Shown piece by piece: positions 54,389-64,000 of a stretch of 64,000 nucleotides of DNA. The DNA is from Paragordius varius (taxonomy: Eukaryota; Animalia; Nematomorpha). The stretch lies in assembly GCA_964247055.1 (NCBI GenBank), contig OZ176054.1, forward strand, positions 4,278,001-4,342,000, given 5' to 3'. The stretch's first letter is position 1; every line of letters begins with the position of its first letter. Below the pieces are notes generated by a model that was not told the DNA's origin, did not search any database, and saw nothing but the letters and a program-made list of their open reading frames with translations. Position numbers and translations under genes: made by a program.

Positions 54389-56689
54389 TAGTTTAAAAAT
54401 ATGAGAAAGAGATAAATTCAACGACGAATTAATAAAAAAAACTTTTTATCAAAAAAACGAAGAATGAATCATTTGTTAAATGTTCTTTATGCGAAAGATA
54501 TTTCACCCGAGCACATGGCGGCAAGCATGATATTACAAAGCATATAAAAAAACACAGAAACATAAAAATGCGTTTTATCTTTTCACGCCGTTAATCATAA
54601 TCATTCCTTTAGATCTATGAATTGTACCTCACAGGTTATTCGTACCTTATTCAATAAAAATTGCATGTGCCCGTGGCTGAAGCCATTGTATGCAATGAAT
54701 GTCCTTTCGCCACATGCATTTTCTGAAATACAAAAAGATTTGCTGAAAATTAAACAAAATATTTCCCACTTTAATAAGATATTTTGATCCAGAAACGGAG
54801 AAAAAATTAAAATTTAAGATTTTATTTCTCTACCCCGTGAAAATTCCGATATAATTTTTACAATAATGAATATTCTAGAAAAAAATAATTTAAAAGACAA
54901 AATAATCGCATATTGCGCTGACAACACCAATACGAACTTCGGCAAAAAATATTTTTCACAAATTAGCAGATAATCTTAATCAAAACATTATTGGCGTTGG
55001 GTGTGCAGCGTATATAATACACAACGCTATTCAAACAGCTGCTGATTTGTTACCCCTAGATGTGGAAAATGTAGTTGTTAAAATATAATCCTATTTTTAT
55101 AATACACGGTACGCTTTGAAACTCTTAAGGAATTCTGGCAGAAGTTCAATATTAAAAAATACTGGGATATTGTAAAACTCGTAGGTTAGCTCTTCTGCCA
55201 GCTATCGAAAGAATTTTAAAATTGTATGATCCTTTAAAATCCTATTTTTTATCACAGGACAAATGTTCTACAATTTTGGAAAAGTTTTTTAAAAGTGATT
55301 CCTCAAAAATATGGTTAGAGTTCCTAGATAATAAAACTTTATTTTAAAATGTTATTAAATTGATAGAATGTGACAAAATTTCGCCAATCTTAACCAATGA
55401 AGTTAGTAACCTAAAATTCAATGTCAAATAACGTTATAACCATCCGCAATATTATAAATAATTTAGAAAAACAAGGCTCAATAAATCGCCAAGATATCCT
55501 GTGTACCATATAAAAATGTTTTTTACAAACTGTAAAGATTGGAAGACTGGACGGTGCAATTCAATAAAGTTTATCATTTTAATTGGATAACATTAAAACC
55601 AGAATTTAAATGGTGCGATATTAAAAAATCATTTATTTACATCTGCATCTCCCAAAAATTCCCAAAAAGAAATCTTTCAGAAAATGATCTTTTTTCTGAA
55701 GTATCATTAGTTAAAAAATATATGATTAATAAAAAACCTAAATTATGGACAACAGAAAACAGTAGAAAAGAAATGGTTAGAAGTATTTCATCATTTTGAA
55801 ACAAACTATGTTCCATACAATAATATTTTAAAAATTGTGGAATTTGCACTATCTTTACCTGGAACCAACGCTGCTACTGAGCGTGTTTTTTCCACAGTAA
55901 ATCAGGTGTGGACATCGGAAAAATCAAATATAGTTGTTGAAACTTTAAAGGCCATTTTATCTGTCAAATATAATTAAATAAATTTTTGCGAAGACTTCTA
56001 CAATAAAAAATGATGACAATCTGCTAAAACGCATTCACTCAAATAAAAAATATGCCAAAGAATAAAATATTTTTTTATATTTATAATGTATTTGTGTTAA
56101 AAACAAATAAATATTGCAATAAATTTTTTGTATAAAATTTTTTAGCTGCACCCCTCCCCCCCATGCCCCCCCCCCCCTTTCTCAGATTTGTCCCGCTTTT
56201 TCCTTCAAAAATCTGGTCACCCTATATTTTGGAGACTAAATTTTTTGAAAAGAATACAGGATGGGCTTTCACGAAACAAAAGCCTGTCAAACCCATATAA
56301 AAATCCAAAAAATTAAAATGCTGCTGGAGCTAATTCTCGATATTTGGCTATAGCGTGCGAATGGCAAAACGTTTGAAATTTTATTATATAGCTAGCACGT
56401 GATAAAGATAAAACTAGGGCTAAGAACCGGCCAAAACCGGAACTGACCAGCTTAAGAATTTAACATGGAACCAGGGTTCCTTAAAAATTTAACGCTTTTC
56501 ATTATTTGATTTGCACACTACATTTTTATTGTAGTAAGAACTAAAATATCAACATTGTAAATTAAATCATAATTTATGAACATTTGAATAACCAGTAGAA
56601 GTACAAAGTTTTGTAATATGGTATTAGCTATGGAAGATATCCTTTATAACTTTAAAAAGAATTTTACCCTTCGTGTTGTCAGACTACTC

Positions 56690-57027
56690 CAGGGGTGTAC
56701 CGAGGGGGGCAAGGAAGTGCTCATGCCCCGGGCGTCGTTATTTAGGGGCGCCTAAATGATTTTTTAAAATTAAATTTTAATTATGCAAAGAACTTTCAAA
56801 TGAGATTTTTCAGCAATTTAGGTAATAATCCCTATAAATACTCTATTATTCAGCTAATTAGTACCATTGAATAAATTTAGTATCATATAAATATATATAT
56901 ATATATATGACTTGTCTTATCCATGGTGTTTAGGTTACAACGTTTGTATTTTTTTATTAAATTATTTTATTGGCTATAACATAAAAGTTTTATGCCCCGG
57001 GCGCCTCAAATGCTCGGTGGGCCACTG
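56690..57027. mobile_element. hAT MITE, 338 bp
   Basis: Perfect TSD GACTACTC; ends CAGGGGTGTACCGAG / CTCGGTGGGCCACTG; internal TGCCCCGGGCG repeated. Confidence 0.85.
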
Positions 57028-57039
57028 GACTACTCACAT

Positions 57040-57200
57040 CTGAAAATATATAATTCAGCATGAAAAAGTTTCTTTCTAAGTTGTGAGCCATAATATGTGT
57101 GGCTAATATAACCTTACATGATAAAATTTTTATATTTTTAAATTTTTGGCCAAAAAAATCTTGCGCATGCGGCCCGTGGTCCATGGTTTGAATACCACTG
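57040..57200. mobile_element. Solo hAT terminus
   Basis: GCATGCGGCCCGTGGTCCATGGTTTGAATACCACTG followed by ATATATAG (nnnTAnnn); partner end not found. Confidence 0.55.
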
Positions 57201-58299
57201 ATATATAGTGTGGCTCATTTTTTCCGTTATTTATGGGTATTTAATAAGGTTGTTCTTAACCTTTAGAATAAAAATATCTACGCATATAATTATCTCCGTG
57301 GTTTTCATTTGTCAAAGTGGATATGCAAAAAATTTAACATGGTAATCATTTTAATTGAATACGAGAAAAAATGTTATCATATGATCAATTTTAGAAAAAT
57401 ATTTAAACAAATTTTAAAATTAAGGCGCTCATTCCATTTTTATTTTTTTATCCGTCCTTATGCTGTTTTTAATTGCTGTTTAAAATTTTTTAATCGCACC
57501 AATTTCCTTTGACTATTGCTAAGCTGCATTTTTTTATCTATGGCAAAACTATTTCCTTATAGTTTAATTTCATGTTTGGATGGCTTAAGGCGATATAAAT
57601 TTATCGGATGTATTTTTGCAGATTGTGTGAACAAAAATCCATATACTTTCAATGTTTTGACGATTTTTCGGGTTGTGAAGATTATTAATTATGTAATGTG
57701 AGGCTAAAATTATTATCGATATAATGAACAAGTTGTTAACGAAATGTTTTTGGCTTCTTGGATCCTTGGAGTTTAATTCACAGTTTAGCAATTAAAAGGT
57801 TGTGATCGCTGTATCAGTCAGAGCCAGGATAACATTTAGCGTTTTTGAATGTGCTACAATATTTATCCATACCAATTATCAAATCAATTTGAATACGGTA
57901 TTTTTGGCAAAGTGAACGCCATGAGAGTCTTTTGGGTTTAAAAAAGGTGCGTAAAAAATTTACGATGGAAAAGCTGGAAATCGAATCCAAAAAACAATCA
58001 AAATTTTTTGCTTAAACAACAATTATAATTACAGAGGCCCATGAGAAACGCTGATAATTTGCTTGTTGGCCAAAATCTAATTTGGCACGATCACATATCC
58101 AACCTCTAAAAAACAAAAACCAAAATTTTTAATGAAAGTACCCAAAAAGATCCTTATTTGCTAAACGGAGTGGAGGGCTGTAAAACAATCGGCTATTGAA
58201 ACCTTTGGAAACCATAAAACACACCGGATATCCTTGACAATTTTTTTTATAAAATCTTAAAACGGAAAAAATCCTTAGGATTGGGTTAAATCTATTTTG

Positions 58300-59340
58300 A
58301 TACCAATTCTAAAAAATGGAAATCCCGAAATCTGTAACCAAAATCAATAAAATCTTAATCTTTCAAAAGCGCCTTGAATCAATTTTAGAACCAGAAATAT
58401 CACTTACTCAAGCTGGTTTCCAAAACGGGCGAGGATATAGAGATATGAAAACTAACATGAGATGGATAATGGTGAAATACATAAAATTTAATAAGGAAAT
58501 TAATATGTGCTCTGCGGATTTTTCAATGGCATCCAACATAATCATATACTTTCATGGGGTAACTGATTTATGCGTGGTGAATGTGGGGTTTTATCAGGGC
58601 TGCGTCTTATCGCCTATTATGTTTAATGCGTATCTCGAATGCATAATGAGAAACTTAACTGATACATTCAGCATCCAGGTTGGAGGTTCTGATCTAACTT
58701 TTATTCAGTATGTAGACGTTACGGTTATCTTTGCAGTTTCTAAACTCATTAACGCTTATACAACTACATTTTGTAGATGAGTGTTAAAAAGATGGGTTGC
58801 ACATTAATCTTTCAAAAATAAAAATATACAAATCAACCCGAAAGTAGAAAACGCTTCAATAACTGTTAACGGGCATTCTATTGAAATAGTTAAAAAATAC
58901 ACATATCTCGGGAGTTTAATACGTGACGATAATAACAGTTCTTTCGAGATTATACCTAGAATCGTTATAACGGCCCCAAATAATTACAATAAAATTTGGG
59001 CGTCCCATGATGTAAACCTAAAATCTAAAATTTGACTCACAAATGCAATCATTTTTCCAACCTTTTTTTACGGGTGTGAATGTTGGGCCTTACAAAAATC
59101 CTACGAAATAATAAACTTCTTTGAACTTTGGATATGTGGAAAACTCCTGCAAATAAAATGGACGGAAAAATAACTATAATACAATTTTAAATAACAATCA
59201 CTAAATGCCACTGCTTGGAATATGCATCCGCACCAAACTATCCTACTTTGGCCACATTACACTGCGTCCACAAAGAAAATCCTGTTGAAATAATATTCTG
59301 ATAGGTAAATGTATCAAGATTATGGTGCTTTTGGTTTTGG
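58300..59340 (+). mobile_element. Decayed RTE (BovB-like) LINE; the gypsy insertion sits at its 3' edge
   Basis: QAGFQNGRG, QGCVLSPIMFNAYLE, YLGSLI, YGCECW and KLSYFGHI remnants with many stops and frameshifts. Confidence 0.8.
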
Positions 59341-59344
59341 CCCT

Positions 59345-62300
59345 TGTAGTAAATCAAGAAACCGTAAAACAATAAGATTTATTGAGATAAAATGCAAAAA
59401 CTAAACCACATACAGTTTGCGATGTTTATATACTTTTTGTGAATACAATATTTACATGTTAAGCCAAGGTAAAATAACTTGTGCAGGTTAAATACAAAAT
59501 TGATACAATCGTTTAACTCATATATAAAAGGTCATCAAAATGTATTCAAATCTAATATATAAATTGGTCTTGTCTAAGGTTAACTAACTTGATGTATTCT
59601 AATCTATCATATCTCCTTATCCAAATCCGAGCCGATCTGGTGCTTTTCTTTCCCTAAGAGGATATCTCCTTTCAGGTTCTTTCTCAGTTGTTATTTCCGT
59701 TCTTATTTCAACCTGGGTGTCTTTCTCGTTTTCTTTTTCTTTGCTTGGTTCCTCCCCCACCTCCCGATTATTGGTTGTCATCTCTTCATCTGTTTGGTTT
59801 ATCGTTACATTATCCTCCTCCTCAACGCCGTTCTCGACTCCGGTCGGCCGTAATTGATCCGCATGCTTGCGAAGTGTTCGATTTCCATCTTTAACCGTGT
59901 ACGAGAGTACCCCTGTTCTCTCCAAAATTATACCTTTTCTCCACCCTGAATTGATTTCATTCTTTATGTACACTTCTTCGTCCGGTCTAAAAATTTGATT
60001 AGGAATTATGTCGTCCTCTAATTGTTGTGCGGGTGTTTCCCTAACCCAAGAGAAGGGGGTATTAATTTGTCTTTTCAGAAATAAATTATACGGGCACTCT
60101 TTTGTGGCGCTATGTACGGCGGAGCGATAACCCCATAATACTTGGTTTATTTTTTTTGTCAGGAGTCAGCTTAGAATCCGTTAACGATTTATAGTGTGCT
60201 TTTAAGGTGTAAATGACTCGTTCCACCAGCCCATTTGTTCGTGGATGATAGGGGGCGCTAGTGACGTGTTTGATGTTTGCTCGTTGCAAGGTCTCATTAA
60301 AATCTTTCGATGCAAAATATGTTGCATTATCGGTAACGATCATTCGGGGAAACCCGTACCTTACACACCAAATTTCCAACCAATGTAGTATGTTTGCAGA
60401 ATTAACAGTTCTTAGCAATTCGACTTCAACCCATCTGGAGCTACTATCGATAGCTACTAACCAATACAACCCATCTATAGGACCGGCAATATCAAGATGT
60501 ATCCTTTCCCAGATACTCGTATTAAAATTCCATTTGTACGTTGGATTACTTTTTATGTTACTCCGGTTTAACTGACACCCCATACAAGATCTCACATAAC
60601 TTTCAATATCTTGGTTTATACCTGGCCAATAAACCCTAGCCTTTGCAGACTCTTTCATTACATTAGCCCCCGAATGTCCAACATGCAAAAATTTTAACGT
60701 TTCATTTCGCAACGCCCTGGGTATAAACAGACGATCGCCCCAATACAACAAACCATATGATTCTTGTATTTCGTTTCTTACACTCAATACCGAATTTAGA
60801 ATTGGAGCTGACCAATCATTATGATGTAGAGCCGATTTTAATACCATCAAAAACTCATCCCGTAAAGTATTTTCTTTCATCCGCTGTACACTTAAGTTGT
60901 CAGTTGTTAGGAAGTTGATTTGCCTGGGTTGCTCCTCCACTTCCTCAGTCGGTTCTTCATACGGTAGACGAGATAACCAATCCGCTAAATTTTCCGAACC
61001 ATTAATATATTGTATAGTAAAATTATAATCGGCTGTTCTGAGTATCCATCTTACTAATCTACTATTGTTAATATTACTTAGATCTCTCTTAAAACCAAAC
61101 AACTTGATCAGGGGTTTATGATCGGTTAATAATACGAACTTTCTGCCATACACAAACATTTTAAATTTTTCTAGCGCATATAAAATTGCCCTTGCTTCTT
61201 TTTCAATTACAGAGAAATGTTGTTCTGCCTTCGCACATTTTCGAGACGCAAAAGCTATCGGCCGTTTTCCCTCACTTGTCATATGTGATAAGACTGCTCC
61301 GAATCCGTCATTCGATGCGTCTGTTTCCAACACTAACGGAAGGTTCGGGTTAAACGGTATTAGACATAATGCATTACTCACCAACAGTTTTGCTTTATCA
61401 AAAACCCTCTCTTCTTTTGTCGACCAACACCATTTCTTAGAACCTGTAAGCGCATGTAAGTCCGCGATTGTAGCATGCAAAGATGGAATAAAACGCGCGT
61501 GAAAATTTAACATTCCCAAAAAAGACCGAAGTGATGTTTTATTGGTAGGTGTAGAACAATTCAAAATTGCTTTTACTTTTTCGTTATCCGGTTTAATTCC
61601 TTTGTCTGAAATTATATATCCTAAGTATGACACTGAGGAACGAGCTAATTGGATTTTATCCTTTTTTAATTTCAAACCCACAGCAGCTAATTTGTTCAAC
61701 ACTTTTTCTAAATTATCCTTATGCTCCATTACCGTTGTTCCACTAACAATTACATCATCTAAGTAAACCGCTGTACCTGGACAATCTTTTAATAACTCAT
61801 CCATAATTTGTTGAAATATCGTGGGTGCACTAGATATTCCAAATGGCAGTCTCTTAAATCGAAAAAGGCCTATATGTGAACTAAACGTGAGTAAATGTTG
61901 ATAATCTTGGTGTATCGGCATTTGCCAGTAAGCTTCTTTTAGATCTAAGGTCGTAAAAACTTTTCCTTGCCCGATTTTAAACACTAACTGATCAAACGTT
62001 GGAATCAGATGATCTACAGGAACCAGACTTGGGTTTAAAGTAACTCTAAAATCACCACATATGCGAATATCGTTATCATTCTTTTTAACTATCACCAATG
62101 GAGTTACCCAGTCAATTCGTGTTTGCGAGGGGTTTATGGACTCTATACCAGACTTTCCAGCCTCTTTAATTCACTCTCCACCTTAGACTGAAGCGGAATA
62201 GGTACCCTTCTGGCCGCAAATCTTTTGGGGATACTCCCTTTTTTGAGAAACAACTTAATGGGTGGTCCCGTGTAACACCCCATACCCTCACAAAACAAAT

Positions 62301-63669
62301 CCTTAAATTTATTCAATTCCACGTAATTAACATTTTTTACACATACAGGCTCTGGAAATCTGCATTCAAAACTTTTCATCCATGGTAACCCAAAAATGTT
62401 ACCCCAATCCTCCCTCGTAACCATACATTCCAACTGTTTGACCATACCATTCCATTTCACATCTACCATACATTGTCCCATCACCTCTACACCTTGCTGG
62501 TTGAACCCAACTATTGGACCCGCGGGAGCTAAGGTCGGCCTCCCAATCTCCATCCACGTGCTCTTCCCAATCAATGATATTTGAGCTCCGGTATCGTACA
62601 ACATCCTCACCCAATGGCCATTCAGACTTGCTTGCGTTCGGGCTTCATTATTATTATTGTTACCATGAAGTCTATTAACGCGCCGGCAACACCTGCCAAA
62701 ATGACCACGTCCTTTGCATCGATAACACTCCTTGTTTGAAGCGGGACACCAGTTGATCGCATGCACGTATCCACATTTTCCACATTTTTTTCTTATCATC
62801 ATAACCTGCCTATTGTCGGGACCCTGATCAATCAAACAGCTGTCCGCCTTTTCGTATGCCATTGCCATTTCTACCACCATCTCCAACGTAACCGGTTTCC
62901 CATCAACCATTGCATCTGGAAATTTTGTGAACAGATCTATTTCCAATCTTTTGAGTTGTAACCCTCCAACAAACCCATCTCTGATTCTTAGCATTGCATC
63001 TTGCCCAAAGTTGCACCGGGCAGCACATTCCTTTACTCGAATCAAAAAATCCATCACTGATTCCGTGGCTTCCCTTCGGAGTTGCGTAAACTGGAACCTG
63101 GCTGCAAACGCATTGTATGTCGGAGCAAATATTTTTTTTCCAGCTGCTACCAAAGCATCCCAGCCCACTTCCTCTAACAGTACGGGATAAAAGAATTTCT
63201 TCAACTTTGGAATATGGGATAGACCAATGTAGGCCAATAGTAAGTTTTTTTTTGTTTCGTCATCTTCTGGAATTAATTTCACTTTTAACATTCTCTTTAT
63301 ATAATCTATGTAATCCTCGAAACTCGTTGCTGGATCATAGGGTTCTAAACTTAATTTCTCCATGCGCGAATGTAATGACGTAAAAAAAATTCGACCGCGC
63401 CAAATGTAGTAAATCAAGAAACCGTAAAACAATAAGATTTATTGAGATAAAATGCAAAAACTAAACCACATACAGTTTGCGATGTTTATATACTTTTTGT
63501 GAATACAATATTTACATGTTAAGCCAAGGTAAAATAACTTGTGCAGGTTAAATACAAAATTGATACAATCGTTTAACTCATATATAAAAGGTCATCAAAA
63601 TGTATTCAAATCTAATATATAAATTGGTCTTGTCTAAGGTTAACTAACTTGATGTATTCTAATCTATCA
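59345..63669 (-). mobile_element. Ty3/gypsy (Mag-clade-like) LTR retrotransposon, 4325 bp, very recent
   Basis: 265-bp LTRs (59345-59609, 63405-63669) identical by eye, TG..CA; 5-bp TSD GCCCT. PBS TGGCGCGGTCG at 63392-63402; purine-rich PPT GGATAAGGAGATA next to the 3' LTR. Confidence 0.97.
59617..63363 (-). CDS. Gag-Pol polyprotein (double zinc knuckle, protease, RT, RNase H, integrase) broken by two 1-bp frameshifts
   Basis: CX2CX3HX4C + CX2CX4HX4C, YDTGA, LDLKEAY, YLDD, TDAS, HHCC zinc finger, HLDIAG, TDNATYF, NGLVER. Restoring one G at 62148-62149 and removing one A from the run at 60150-60157 gives a single ~1250-aa ORF. Confidence 0.9.
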
Positions 63670-64000
63670 GCCCTCTAATGATTTAAGTAATTATTTACAT
63701 TTTTGTGGTAAGTAATCCGTATCAAAAAATGGCAAAATTTGCCCACCTTTTTTTAAATATGATTTTTTTGGTGAAAGCTAATGCTTCTAAAATAATTTAG
63801 GTAAAAGAATATATTTCTCAAAAAATTCACTAAAATTTATTATAAACTACCTATAGAAACAAAAAAATATTTTAAAAAAATTATAATTTCTATATGTGAG
63901 CTCCGAAAGTCCCATATTTTTTCGGTCTTCTAATTCTCTTGAATAAACTCAAAAATGCCGGGATTGAGCGATAAAAATTTAAAATATATGTTGATTTGAG

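Larger units (their letters stand above)
52406..56224 (+). mobile_element. hAT (Blackjack-like) element, copy B, decayed transposase
   Basis: TIR TAGGGTGACCAGA; TSD TACTTTGG/TATTTTGG. Transposase remnants at ~54400-56066 are colinear with copy A. Confidence 0.9.

Noticed and set aside
62098-62160. Programmed ribosomal frameshift between gag and pol
   Set aside because: The break falls at the start of RT, after the protease; there is no slippery heptamer, and adding a single G restores LESLGI...DWVTPLV. A point indel is more likely.

Overview
AT-rich animal (invertebrate) genomic DNA, heavily loaded with transposons. The taxon cannot be fixed from sequence alone; tiny introns are known from dicyemids and orthonectids, and the low gene density points to a larger-genome invertebrate. 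By splicing by hand I reconstructed five intact conserved genes: DNAJB11/ERdj3 (-), actin (+), a very short SRRM1/SRm160 PWI protein (-, largely invisible in the ORF track), glycogen branching enzyme GBE1 (+) and RPL3 (+). The main signal is gene architecture. 26 of the 37 coding-region introns are only 20-34 nt and none fall between 35 and 81 nt. Splice signals are degenerate (GTT donors, AAG acceptors, little polypyrimidine tract), and the splicing co-activator SRm160 has lost almost all of its RS domain. Intergenic DNA holds RTE LINEs (one full length with a 13-bp TSD), Buster- and Blackjack-type hAT elements and MITEs, a piggyBac-like TTAA MITE family (7 copies), a Helitron, a foldback element, a Tc1-like long-TIR element, Penelope and LINE relics, a degenerate hammerhead motif, and a very young Mag-clade Ty3/gypsy element with identical LTRs. 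One hAT carries an inverted, deleted copy of its own transposase directly after the stop codon, a Mu-killer-like hairpin layout. All counts were made by eye.
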